Shown: piece by piece, positions 36,271-50,211 of the stretch
Layout: each line of letters starts with the position of its first letter
How positions within the stretch are numbered: the stretch's first letter is position 1
DNA from: Botryllus schlosseri
Taxonomy: Eukaryota
Assembly (NCBI GenBank): GCA_051294905.1
Contig: CM119371.1
Location: 22,942,001-23,002,000 of the forward strand
Length of the DNA stretch: 60,000 nt
Direction: 5' to 3'
Made by a program: the position numbers and the translations under genes
The notes under the pieces: generated by a model
What the model saw: the letters and a program-made list of their open reading frames with translations, nothing else
Told to the model about the DNA's origin: nothing
Databases searched by the model: none

Positions 36271-38476
36271 AGACCTGTGAATAAAAGTTCATTTGATTTC
36301 ATACTTCATCAGATATTATGGCACAAATTCGATAAGATTTGTTAAAAATAAAGCTGTTACATATTGAATTTGATCGCGTATAACAGCATTACACCATGCA
36401 TCTCGCGACCTATGTTATTCTCCTGAGAGCACCCCACGAACAATATGATGAATAGGCCGCAATAAAAATTGTCTACAGGTGTGAAGATGTCGTTTCAACT
36501 ATCAACTAGTCAGTCTCATTGCACACCCGGCATTTCAATGTACAAACTGCGAACCGGACGCAGGCTCTGCTGCCGCATTAATATCAGTCGCTTTTTGATT
36601 ATTATTTCACCACCAGATAAAAACGTGGATTCGATAAGTGATGACTATTCAAGTTCAATGAGTCGCGGGGCACAGAAACACTTTCCATAACTACCGATAT
36701 AACAAACACGGCTTGAGAAATATCAAGTAATAGGCGCCGCAGAGTAGAGACTTCCTAATGAAATACTATTGAGACTATTGCTATGGGTCCACACTGCACT
36801 TTGTTTTCTATGTCGATTAGCAGGAAGCGTGTAATGATTATTGGCTCGTTTGCTCAATTGTTATGAAATATCCGTCTAGGCCTGCGAAGTCAGTACATGT
36901 GAAAAGTCTTGGATATATATCCACATCGGATAGTTCGTGGTCGTTACTAATATTCCATCGACATATATCGCGCAATAATGCCAGTGTACACTGTGCAGCA
37001 ATGAATTTATAAGACAAGAAAACGGCAAATGATTACCTGGAATCTAGTTTATATATTATATTATAATCCAAAAGATCTAAGATCGAATCATGGAATTACA
37101 TTGCATATGATGGTTATTGGTCAACGCCTATGTAAATTAACGAGATTGAGCTATAATACCTTCAACTCACATGTACTGTCTGTACCATTGTGCAGTGTAC
37201 TTTGGGTAAATTGATGTAATCGACTATTGCGACCATCTGTTTGGTTATGAACATACGCGTTTATTTAGGACCCGTTTTATTCTACGAATAATCTGTCATT
37301 CAGTATTTAATCACTATTTCGAAAAACAAAATAGGGTTATGCAGGATCATATGACCAACAATCCCACACGCACTAGCTTAATCATCTTGGTTTCCGAACA
37401 TTTTACCATACGAGTTACGTTTCGAAACGCAGTAAACGCTTTAAAAGCTGTGGATTGCTGACTCGCAAATTTCAATAAATTATACTCACATGTTTCAGGC
37501 CGTAGGCCACGTTTTCCTTCAATCCCTGCGGTGGAGCTAAGAGGGATAGAGCATTCAATAAATGAACATAAAAATCACGATCATATAGAATATTCGACAA
37601 TACAATTTATTTTTGAGGTGAATCGCGATCAACTCAATCGTGATAGTTTTCGTGAAACTTCCGACTGGTACATGGTAATGTGAAAATTATTACGAAAATC
37701 GGTTGTATTGCATATTCTCGTTACATATTTGGGCATATATATTTGGTAGGTTCAGAATTGGAACCACACAGATAGCCCTATCGACATTTCGTAGAATCTA
37801 TGTTTGAAACCCGTCAAAAGCAGTGACAAGAATTACCGGACGTCTTTCGAGGAGCATTTTAGGAAGCAAATCTGCACAATTTCCATTAGGTATATTCTAC
37901 ATTTCCGATTGCCGAGGCGCATGCGCTCTTAAAGCTGTGTTTTAAAATCGTATTTCAGGCCAACAGTATTTTTATCGTGAAGTCGAGCATATGTAAATAG
38001 TGAGAGACTGTGCTGTACTGCTGCATGGTATTTCAATAGCCTTTATCAAATGATCTGTTCAAGTCATTATATCAGAACATCTGTAAATATAATTATTGAG
38101 ATTTCGACGTTTCGAAACAACGAACGGTACCTCATCGCACCCCAACCTTCTTATTCAATTCACAGACACAGCTATATTTATTCACCATAATATTACGAAT
38201 CCGTAAGTGTGCAACATGCCGCCGCATTATATACTTCTAACTCAACATATCGCCGTGGATCAGGGCATGGTAATGCATTATCAATGCAAAAATATACCTT
38301 TCAAATCATAAGCTACTAGCATAAGCTACTGTTAGACCAAATATAACCACTACTTCTCTATATTATCACGGAAGAAGCCGTGCACATTAAGGTTATACTA
38401 GATAATATACTAATGGTATCTAACCATTCGTAATTTATTAGTTTGTACTGGGATGTAAATCGTAGGGACGGCTTAC

Positions 38477-38546
38477 CTTCAAAAATTGTTGCCAACGCCA
38501 TAATCACGGAGATTACAACAATTTTACCAAAGAAGCTACTCTGCAT
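38477..38546 (-). other. Candidate signal-peptide exon of an unidentified gene
   Basis: MQSSFFGKIVVISVIMALATIFE followed by G|gtaagc, with an upstream ttttgcag acceptor. Downstream exons are not resolved. Confidence 0.35.
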
Positions 38547-40968
38547 CTTGATTCGTCCTGCAAAATTTTCATAAATCGTGAATCGTCACATGGCATATAA
38601 TATATCCTGCCAGTCATACTAATCAAATAATTTGAAGTAAAATCACGTATTTAATAGCTTCAGACCAGAGCCAAGGCGTGCTTTGGCTGATATTTCGCAG
38701 AATATGACATAATCAGAACATATTGTGCTCAAAATTTGTGCATATCGAGTACAAAAGCAACGGAGCAGCGTAAAGGCGAGCTAAATCTCAACGTACCTGT
38801 GCCTTTGGATTGACAGATTGGAAGGATGTATATTTGTGATGCGACGCAAAGTAGCATATATTGGCCGCGGTAGGAAACGATCGAATAGTTCGATATCCCA
38901 GATGAAAAACATAAATATTATGTTACGCAACGATCGTCAGTCACGCATACAGCGCGTTGAGACCTCAATGTAAGAGTATTGATTTGCAACACCCCTGCAG
39001 GTCTTGCCTATATACGGTGATATCTTGTCATTATGTTGCAATGCATCTGGCTATTTGGGTGCATTTCGTGATTAATGCAAAATAAAATTGAGTAGGTTCG
39101 TCTTCGAAATGCTCACATAGTTCACATAGTTACATACACTACAACTAGAAAATCCATTCCTTTATCTCCGTATTTCGTCGATTTATCAGGTATTTCGGTC
39201 CAGCCAATAGTCGGATTGTGAGTGTTGTGGAGGCACGTATAGTGTGCAGTTGCGTACGCAGGGGAGGTTTTAGGGTTCGAGATCGAAACCCCGTCCTTCT
39301 TAAATGTCACTGCTAAACTCATTTCTAAATAAGCAATGGGTATCACGCTGCAGCGTTTCGACTGAACAATACCATGGCACTTTCCAAGGCAGAGTCTTGC
39401 ATTTTTGTCAAGCATCTGAAAGGGAACAGCGGATATCTCCCTGGATTGCAAACAATATTCATTGTAACGTTTTCGTTTTGTATAAAAATTATATTGTAAT
39501 AATCTCATTCTTTTAACACTCTGACGATGTAAAAATCATATTTTATGCCACAATGATACATTGCTGATGTGTATAGTTGAATGGGTATTGCGGTAGATTT
39601 TTGTTTCTATGACTAAGCGACTGATTGGTATTGCGAGAAGGCTTGTAGGTTAGCGAAGTGTTCCGCATGTTGGTAAAATTTAGGAACGGCTGGTGCATAT
39701 CAGGGGCAGCAAACCCGTGACCGGCGAGACGGTTTTCAGTGGCCCGCGAGGTAATTTTCGAAATTAGTAATATTATCGAAATTGGATTGCCCAGATTGTT
39801 AACTGGCAAGGCAAAGCAAAAATTTGATTAGTCTGGCAGCAACACTTGCAATGTGACGACGAAAATATCAGGCTCGACGCATTGGCAGATTCGTGGGCCA
39901 CTCACATTTTGGTAGATCTTCGTACATTACTATATAGCAGGATATTCTGCGGTAGATTTATCTCAAGTCAAACATTTATTCACGCTTCCCGCAATATGTT
40001 CTCACTCGATTTCTTGCCACTGAAAATGAAGGAACGCCTCATGTACCAGATTGAGTCAAACTATATATTCGCACGGCTAGTGGCTCGCGCAATGGTTTGT
40101 AAATTGATTGTGGACTTTGCCCGAAAAGGTTGGCCGCGCCTGTGTGCATGTAAATCGTACATGAAAGCATTTCAATATTCTAGTAGGGATGGGTTCGTTT
40201 TATTAGCAATTTTCATAAACACCACAAAGATTGCTATACAGTGAGAAGATAGGAAGGTGTCTAAACGACTTGGAGTAGTCTTTGGAATCAGACACCCGCC
40301 TTGGCGATGTAAAGAAGGGGCATGCACACTGAATGAAAAGTAAATGAAGATCGTATAGGCAAAAGTAAGCGACAAAAACGTGGTGGCATGTATGGTAATG
40401 TTGAGGGCGAGCTAGTTGGCTGGAGATTGCTTGTATTTCGACTCGAATGTGGACATGCTCATCGATTGTCGGATGGCCGCTGGGATACAGTTCCACGCGT
40501 CAGGTCCGGCATATTTGATGGAGCGATGATCTTTTCTGTCGATCATATGATATTTGGAGGACGTAGACGCGCGGGTGTCACGCATGCGCGCATGATAAAT
40601 GACAAAGCACCGTGTATTTTCTGTGCGATGCAGAGTCGTATTTATGGTGCACGATGGTAAACAATCAAACAGTTCAATATCCCCGATGCAAACATCAATA
40701 TCGCGTTACACAACCCTCGTCAATCATGCACGCAGCCCGGTGCCGTACCAAAACAAGAGTATTGATTGCAACATGTATCGTAAACAAAACACCAGTGAAC
40801 TGTCGGCAGTAGACAATATTGAAACGAATCGCACCGGAGTAACACCCTTGGCAAGGATGGTCTCAACTTCGGCAATAAGAATCCTGTTCTTCTTTACCTT
40901 ATTCATATCGTCACATTCACAATAAGTGGAAAACACATCGGTCTCTTATTTACCATTCACGTTTATTA

Positions 40969-42357
40969 CACTGGTTAGCACATATTTCAAGGCAGACAAA
41001 GCAAGAGTGATTTTGGGGGTTCTGAAGGGGACTGATTACTAATATGGCCTTTTTTTTCAAATTGGCTCTTGTTTTGGAGATAACCCATGGGGCTATTTTG
41101 CCCCAAATCTCTCATTTTCGCTGTAATGGCTATAGATAAAAAATCGGCTCAGTGGTATTATAAGGTTTAGAAATTCAATCTACTTGTTATTTTTACACAC
41201 GGAAGGCTCTTTCAAATCAAAATACAGCAACGGCACTATATTTAGGGGTATTAGATTTATCAGAGTTTTAGACTTTTACGGAAATCATGTACATAAATAA
41301 ACTCCAGTCATGTACATAAGTATTTACCTAGCCTGGATACTCAAATAATGAGGCATTATTTCAATCAGTTTTACGTGAACCACCTATTGTAAATTTGGAA
41401 TAATAAGTTGGAATGTAATATTATCAATTTATTTTACAGCACAATTGTTTTTTGTACGATTGTCGCCTGTAAGCAAATTAGTGAAGTTTCTTGGAAGGTT
41501 CGTGCAATGGTTTGCCATAATCTGTTCATCTCATCTGCCCTCATATGTTTTTTCTGTTGATGTGATGGATCTCGGTGGAGCCTCTCCCCCTTGCTAATCA
41601 ACTAGATGATCAGGAAATATATCAATATGACTGAACAAGAAGGTAACTTTTATGCTCATGTTTGTTCCAAGTTTTCCATATGCAGGTACAAATTTTCGGA
41701 TCAACTGTTTGTATGCAACTATAGTTGGGTGCTTTGTGATCACCATGCAGTGAGGTCTTTCCTAATATAAAATTGTAATCTTTCAGCCTTATTCTATTCT
41801 AAAATCCATCAAAAATACCAGATTTAAGCTTCTCGTTTATGAGGAATACCGGGTATACTCACTTTGTTGACTCAATTGAAAATTAAATTATCCGTTCACA
41901 AATCAAAAAATAAGATGCATATGAGTATTGTAGTTAAGCTTTTCAAGGACAAATTTTATAGCTTTGTACTCATGTTTAATCTAAGTATGACGAATTGATA
42001 CAGGAGAATATGTATTTCCGTTTTAGGCACAACAAACTGCATTTTCGACAAACAAATGTTTCGCATCAAGTCATGTTTATATTGATAGAATGACTGAGAA
42101 CGACATGGGGGTTCGTCATGGTCATTTATCTATTTATGCGCAGTTTAAAATTAGAAAACACTACAATTTTCTACCTACCAAGTGAAATATTCAAGGATAA
42201 ATACTGTTATTTTGGGCTTGTTTTATGGGTATAAGTATCTACTGAACAATAGCGAATCTGGCAGAACTAATGTGATATTCGTAATCAGCAACCTCAAAAA
42301 CACCAGAAACGGCTCTCAGATGTTCTGCCGAATTTTTTCCCATTTTGTTGACCAGTG
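40969..42357 (-). mobile_element. Chapaev3 deletion derivative, copy 2
   Basis: TTA-CACTG...CAGTG-TTA, colinear with 9666-11080. Transposase remnant MSIKVTFLFSHIDIFPDHL...YEGR. Confidence 0.85.
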
Positions 42358-45300
42358 TTATCATTCTAACTGTCTGTGATTTCCGTTGCACATATAGATA
42401 GAAGACTTGGCCGACCGCTAAGTTCATGATAGTTTTCTCGCGTGTCCGACTCTCATATCCATTCCTTATGGTGTGAAGTTTCATGTGTTTCTGATCTCAT
42501 AATAGAAAATGATTCGTTTCTGCGATCCATCACACTTATATAGGGACTCACTCGGACGTGCATGCCAACCGTGTTCTCATGCTATATCACACCAAACCAA
42601 CAATGTGGACATTCTAGATTCATTACATGACACAGGTTGTACTCTCGATTTGCGGCACTGCTGGGAAACATTAAATTTTCACACCATACCAGTTGCCATA
42701 TAAGCATTCAATATTCTTGCGTCCGTTTAAAAACCTGTCTTACAAAGTCTCCTGTGCTGATAAACATTGACTATGAAAGAAAATGTAATATTAACAACAA
42801 TGAATATCGGATGATGAACTAGAATGTGCAGCGTATTGTCGGCCCTTCGTTTAAGCATGGGCCGTACGAAGAAGTCCGCCACGTGATCACTGTAAAACAG
42901 TGTTTCCTATGACCATGACTGCACACTCCTTATGTTTAGCGTTTGTCTATTGTATACATACCTAATTACGTATATTATTGCCTCTGCTTCGATATGCATC
43001 TCAAAACACACGTCCGAACCTCATATGAATGTGACTCGCGGATGCCATATAAGTCATAACGCCATTATCAGTAGCAAAAACTTTCTCGGTCTTTAGGGTT
43101 TACACATCAACCTACGAGGCCTCAAGCAGTCCTTTTTCGGATACCATTGCGTAGAACATAGTATTTTAAATCAGAATATATGACACAGTGACGTACGATC
43201 AGGGGAAACAAGTGAGGCAATAGGGAAGATGTGGTACCGATGAGACAGCGGGACCGAAAATACTTGAAAAGTTTTCTGTGATACTCCCATGATTACTGTA
43301 CGCGAATTTGTCAACAATTGCAAGCTGGCAGAATCTTGCATGCAAAAAACTTCGACCTGAGTGAGTTATGGGGTTGGTGACAAATGATCTATGTTTTGGG
43401 GGCTGTGAAATAAATTTGGATCGACGTAAACATTTTTCTATATCACCTCGTACATTACCAAATCAACCTAATTTTTAATGTGAAGTGCAGGGCTTGTATC
43501 CGGGTGCCACATATTTTTAATTCTACACCATCCTCGAGTGGATTAATTTCAATCCAACTACAATATTTAGGTGGTGGGGGCCTGTGGTACCATAGCCAAA
43601 TCAAGCAAAATAGTTTGACCAACTATTCACTTCACAACAGAAACACGCCTGCATATATAGAGGCTGCAAATAACAGTTACCTGTGGTTATGGTTGCATTT
43701 AAAACAAAAATATATTTAAAACAAATATGTTTAAAAGAAGGCCCTAATTTAAAACATGTTTTTTATTGTTTTTTTCTAATGTTATTTGAAGCCATAACGT
43801 CACGAACATTCAGTTGTGATGTCATAGTGGATTGACATTGAAAATATAGGGTAAAATTAGCTCCTTTGACGAAATATTTGTACTATTTCCGTTGAACCGA
43901 CTCTTTTGTGGGTTCCAACCATCCCATATCGATATACGTCGGCTACATCGGGTGGTAATGAGAGCCCGACCGATATTGGATTTTTGGGCCGATGCCGATA
44001 AAACCGATATCTAACACCTTCACCGATAACACCGCTATATTCAGCAGATATTCAAATAAGATAGAATCTACTTCAAAAGTCGCATTTCCGAAACTGCAGA
44101 ACATTTATATCAACAGCTTTACAGCCATTGTACTGGAACAGGAAATAAACTAGCAAGGCTGCATCTAGACACTTTGAATGTAAAAGTAATGAAATACAGC
44201 AATATTTTCAGTCTAGCGGTCAAGGACTGTAGGTTTATCACTTCCAGCCACCACGTTGTGACGTCACGAAAATAGACAATATTTTATCGCCTCCAATGGC
44301 CGATACCGATAACAATGCGCCTTTAGAATCCCCGCCGGTAGCACACTCTTTCAACACATAATCGGCAAGCTGCTGCTGTCGTGATCATTGAAGCCTAGCC
44401 GTTTAGACAATCAAGAGCTGTGATTATCTGGTTATTAGTTTTCTCTCCGTTCGATGGGATCAGTGGCACGCCCATTCTTGGGCAGCTACTTTCAAACGCT
44501 TTGCCCGAAACATTAACGGCTTTCATGTGAGCTTCTTTCTGGCTCATTGTTTTTTTTATCAATAATCTATAGATTGAGACACTAACACGGATCATTTTTA
44601 AAATTGTCCTAATTTTGGACAACCCTACTGCGCATACCCAAATTATGATTAGCGGTTCTGGCATATTTCTGGTATCATGGAAATCATTCATTCATTTCAT
44701 AGCGATCGTAGCTATTGGAATGATACGTTCGCAAAGTCACGGACGTGTGACGTTTGCAAGATAACCTGCGAAATTCACGTAAGCTTCAATACTGCAAATC
44801 GATGTTTACTGTCTATACTAGACACTACTGAGTTCAAATCCATTTTTCGATGAATCCATTTTGACGACTGTACAGTACTGTATGACATTACTACATTACA
44901 GGTAAAATTTCATTACGATGATGTATATAACTGCATGAATGAATTAGGTTAACCACTTTACATCATATTTAATTCATTGCCTGAAAATGGTACCAGCGCC
45001 ATTGCTGCAATTCTTCGTTGAAATTATGCCCTCCGCATCATTACAATTTAGCAAACAATGAATGGGTGAGTGTCTTGCTCATTACGTTGGATCAACACCA
45101 GCGGTTCTCAACCTTTTTGGACATGCGCCCCCCTTGACGATGGTAAAAAATGGCGCCCCTGACCCCCTACACTTATCGTCATGTCAAAAAGAGCACATCA
45201 TCTAATACAGAGGAAGGCAACCTTTTTGCTATTCACGGCCGCATTTCGATTACTTATGTAGCCTAAGGTCGCATTCCAGGGCATAGCCATAATGAACTAA

Positions 45301-46341
45301 CTGGACGCAAAATACCCGTGTTAATCTGTCCATATCAATTCCCGCTGAACTCCGGACTATTTTACTTTTCACAAAGGCCTATTGTACGCACAAAAATCGC
45401 GAGTGGTAATGATATAAATAGTTGCTGGAATTGCATATTGCATTTTTCAGACTTACGAATGAATTCCGTTAATCATAGTCCCAGCAAACACAGAATATAT
45501 TGCAGATATATTTTGTATATGACTCAACTACTTCAAAATATATCTAGTCATATGTACTGTTTATATAAATCTGTCGACACATTTGCACATATATAGGACA
45601 TCTTCAAAGATACCTGTATGACATCGTCATGATATCTTGCTTGACCCTAGATGAACCCTGACCCTAGGTGAACCCTGACCCTAGGTGACCCCTGAACCTG
45701 GTTGGGTACCTGGACCTGCCACATCCTGCACTGCCCTTATCAATGAAGACTGACTGATGATTTTACATATCATGCATGGCTTTGTTCGTGTATTAAATCA
45801 GCACAGAACTGCGCAATCACTTCAGCAAATATTGCTGCCTAAGCATAAGTTCGAAATCGTTGTCGGAATTGTCAGACTCTGTGATGACAGCCTTGCTCCT
45901 GTAATCTTCTTTATCGCCACCCTATAACATAAATGAGTAAATTACTACAATTGATTATTATCACTGTAGAACAGAAGTCGTTATGTGTTTGGTTTTGGGT
46001 AAAATGGGATGGTGATCTGAGTTACATTAACCAAAAGACCTCAAGCCCTCTTTCAAAAGCGACATGGCCTTTACTTTTACACTGAAGATATAATTAACAC
46101 AGTTACGCTTTCAAGATGAGAAACCAGAACCTGAACGTGTTCAAGTTCAATAATGCCTGTCATTATAGAGAAGATTTTCATGCTATTGGCGTCATGAAGA
46201 CGTGCTGCTGGGAACGGATTTCAAAACCTATCGTTTGGGCACGGGGTGAAGATTGCTCTTTACATTATCATTTTAATATTAATATGGTAATAGTTGCCTG
46301 TGAGAGGCTGATGTGATAATGATCGCTCATTCCATGTACGG

Positions 46342-47469
46342 CAGTGATTCCCAACCTGTGGTACGCGTACCACTGGTGGTACGCGAAGGTCCTTCAGGTG
46401 GTACGCGAGTAGATTCTGTTTTTTTTTCGACCGAAGGGAGTAATTAGTTCACGTGTGGTTGATTTCGAGTTTTTTTTTAAGCCGTCGTCGTCGTGGTAAG
46501 GTGCGTCCGTGGTCAGGTATAGCCTACGTCGAAGAAACGAAACCGACTTGTTGCACCCATGCAGGACTTCCATGCGGTGTGAGCAAACGTATGCCACCAT
46601 AGTGTCCTATATGGTGTGGACACAAGCAAATCTCACGGCTCAGTGTAATTGGTCTACGTCACACTTTCCTTTTAGTCAAAGGCCACTTTTCGGGTATTTT
46701 TCACCGGCTTGCCGAGCGCTAAATTCGATAAAACGGGTATAAATGGAAAGCTGCTACTCTACTGATTCCAAAATTATAAATTTTATTCTGCTCATGGTCC
46801 TGGAACCCCCCAAAATCTGCTTCAAATTTTGCATTGTGATCGAGTTTTGACATTGTGACGCAACAATTCTGTCTGGCAAACCGAGAGTGTAGCTAACAGA
46901 ATTGCTGCGTCACAATTCAACATGCTATCACAATGCAAAATTCGCGGCTGGTTTAGGGGGTTCTAGGACCATGAGCAGAATAAAATATATATTTTCGTAA
47001 TCAGTACAGCAGCAGCTTTCCATTGATACCCGTTTTTTCCGAATTTAGCGCTCGTCAAGCCGGTCAAAAATGGCCGTAAAATTGCCTTTGACCAAATGGA
47101 AAGTGTGACGTAGATCAATTTCACTGAGCCGTGAGATTTGCTAGTGTCCGCATCCACACCATATAGGACACTATGATGGCACGCATCGGCCGGCTAGTGC
47201 AAAATAAGCAATGCAGCCATCGCATTAAATAAATAGACTTTTTGTTGTTATTTCAATATGCTGTTCTTCTTGTGATTGGAGTTGGAAAAACAATTCCATG
47301 AATCCCATCAAACCTGGCTGGTGATGCCTAGTTTAATAGAATTTGTTAACACCCCCAGCTTAGGTCAAATACCTGATTATGACGTCATAAATGGTGGATG
47401 TAGGTGGTACGCGAGCACTGCATAAAACTTCGAAATGGTACGTGGGCGGAAAAAGGTTGGGAACCACTG
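46342..47469. mobile_element. hAT/Charlie MITE containing a ~600-bp foldback palindrome (~46590-47185)
   Basis: TIR CAGTGATTCCCAACCT...AGGTTGGGAACCACTG, perfect TSD ATGTACGG. Confidence 0.9.
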
Positions 47470-47898
47470 ATGTACGGCATAGTAAATATATGCAGGGGTT
47501 CGCAAACTGGGGTCTGCGAGACAATTTTTATGACTTCGAAGTACCTTCCAAAAATTCACACGATCCAGAAATTTTCGAATATTTTAATTCCCAGAGTATA
47601 AAATTTTTTAGACAGGTTATTGTCTGAACCAAAATCGAAGTTGCTTAAAACTATTTTGTAAATCAACATGAAGTAGAGTTATTCAAATTAAATTTTATTC
47701 TCCCCGTGTGAGACAAATGCGACCCGCGGAGGGAGATTGTCAAAGACCTGTCTCGTAAATTTTCTCGTAAAGTTTGGGGACCACTGATATACAATGTTCT
47801 GAAGATGAGCGGTAAGAACAATTCACTTACAGTCCAATAATATCATAAAAGACACAACTGTCACACCACACAATCATCAAACTTAATAACAAAATTAC

Positions 47899-50195
47899 CT
47901 TGCAAGATCCAGCAACAGTTAGAGATCTTGCAACCTGATCTTTAGTTCTTTTATCTGGGATCTCGAGGTCAGGATGAGCCGATCTGCATGCTTCTAAAAA
48001 GAGATATAATTAGATGAAGATATCCACTGTCCAGTCATGGTATATTATACATCAGCCATCAGACAACGAACAAAACTCATCAACAACTAGAGTACTAAAG
48101 TAGATAACTTTGCACATCAGTGACGACATATGACGTCAAACGATTAAAATGTTGAAAAATCGAGGCTTTGGCTCAACTTTTCTTTACGTTGATTACGTTC
48201 AATTTCCGTCAATAACCGTTGATAACTTACGTCTAATAGTCTTTTCAAGTGTCACTCTTGCTTTTTTGACCCTTAAGACCAGGATTTCCATATACTTTCT
48301 TTACTGCTATGCTGGTCATCATATTTTCGACAGTTTCCGGCAATGGTACACCCCGGAATGCCATTAAAGCGGCTACCTGTAACAACATTATATTAGTGGT
48401 ACACAATACAGATGGTACTGCCTTGCATCAATGGTTTGCACCAGAATTAACAATGACATTTATGGGCATTCTAGATAAAACCATCCACACCATAAATTTC
48501 ATGGTCACGCTCATCAAAGGCTTGGTTGACTTTGCGATTTCGCAATAAATCACATTGGCAATTCAATTTTGGATAATAGAACTAATTTCGAAAAGGACCC
48601 CTGCTGTGTCTGAAAATGATTCCTTGGTGTCGGCGGACACCCCTGATTTAGACTGTCAATCGCTTTGTTCGAATGAGAAACAAAATCATACCAGTTCAGA
48701 CTTTGCCGTTGTTCAAAGGTGTTCCAGCTGTGACAAGGTTTCACAGGGATCTTCAATTATATCTTTCAGCAAAATTGGGGCACTCGATTGAGGTCTTTTG
48801 GAGTAATTGCCGATATGATGTCTGAGGAAATCCATCATCTGGTTTTGCTGCAACTTTATGTCTTTGATGCACAAGCTAAAAAGGATTCGATTACAAGGAA
48901 GTTGGATTGATCTTCATATGTGATAAACTTACCATTACTTTATGACAGGCCGCGTTGTTGATGGTCAAAATTTTGTAGTTCAGCGATGATTTCAAATGAA
49001 GGAGCATCTGAAAAACAGCGAGACTTTATTCTCAAATTCGAGAACGCATCAAAGTGCTAGGAACTTACTGCAGGACTTAGATCTCTGGCCGTTACATTCA
49101 ATGATGGGATTATGCCATTCTTGAACACTCTTTTCGCTAATGATGGCAAACTTGCATTGCGAGCATCATTGATATCACTCCTGCTTGCCAGAATCATAAG
49201 ATGACCGCATTCTTGAAATTGGCATGTCTTGTATCTGAATACTTGGATTACGTTTCTTCCTTGCAGGAAAAACATCATCTACAAATTATAAACGTTTTAC
49301 ATATATATATACCATATTGCACAGAATAAAAGGGTATACCTTGACCATCAGTTGACGCCGAACTATTCAAAAATTGTTTGTTCCGCTGACGTTTTCGTTT
49401 TGGCCGCTGCGCTTCATTTTCAGTCCAGACAATGACAAAGATGTGGGCAAGCCACTACTCTCCGCAACTTTTATTATATCACTAAAAGCTACCTTCCATA
49501 CATCTAAAACAGATGAATAATGTAGATGGCAAGGTAGGCCCACTTGGAAAACAGTACGCTAATCTGAGTTTATAACTTACTGGATGAGCATTTCATCCGT
49601 CTCTTTTATACAGAGACCAATTGCGATTATCATATTATGGTTGCTTTTTGTTCTTGGCCTTACCGTGCTATTTGCATTCTTACGCAACCTATTATAGATA
49701 CAAACAATTTCGCACAATTCACAATTCATAAGATATAAGCTATGGAATCAATGAGATCAATTCTACATCAGCAAATGATTGCTCGATTTATTGATCGACT
49801 AATACCCACCTATATTCATTTGCAGCAAATCCTTAAAGTAAGGTTTGAGTAAGTTGATATCCAGAAAATGTGCTCATGATAAGCCGCACGAGTTCTATAG
49901 TTTATTAGTTGATCTGAAATGAATCACAGGATTATATTCAGACATAGCCGCCTAGTTATGATGTGAACATCACATTACCAGAAAGACTAGACTAGTTCTA
50001 CTTCTATGAAGTTATATCGTATTACCTCAAGTCCTTAACTATGATTATATAAGAAGCATATATAAATTACCTTGCACAGTGCAGTTTTCGGTATTCTTCT
50101 ATAGAAATATGCTTGGATTAGCCTCAATTAACTGCGATTTCCCTGAATGCTACTAAAACCAAAACGACAACGATATCTGCACTGCAAGCCGCCAT
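47899..50195 (-). pseudogene. Decayed spliced DUF4806-like gene inside the EnSpm-type element
   Basis: Eight GT-AG-bounded exons: 50071-50195, 49581-49688, 49340-49503, 49069-49278, 48933-49007, 48692-48875, 48231-48376 and 47899-47993. Peptides include RPKRKRQR, DPCETLSQLEHL, VAALMAFRGVPLPETVENMMTSIAV..WKSWS/KGQKSK and ACRSAHP..DQVARSLTVA. Several stops and frameshifts. Confidence 0.6.
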
Positions 50196-50211
50196 TATCA
50201 GAGCGCTTGGC

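Noticed and set aside
45646..45700. Telomere-like repeats (ACCCTAG/ACCCTG)
   Set aside because: Only three copies of a 17-bp unit within the subterminal region of the EnSpm-type element.
49057..49278. Stand-alone 73-aa ORF
   Set aside because: It coincides with one exon of the decayed DUF4806-like gene and ends just inside a GTAAGT donor.
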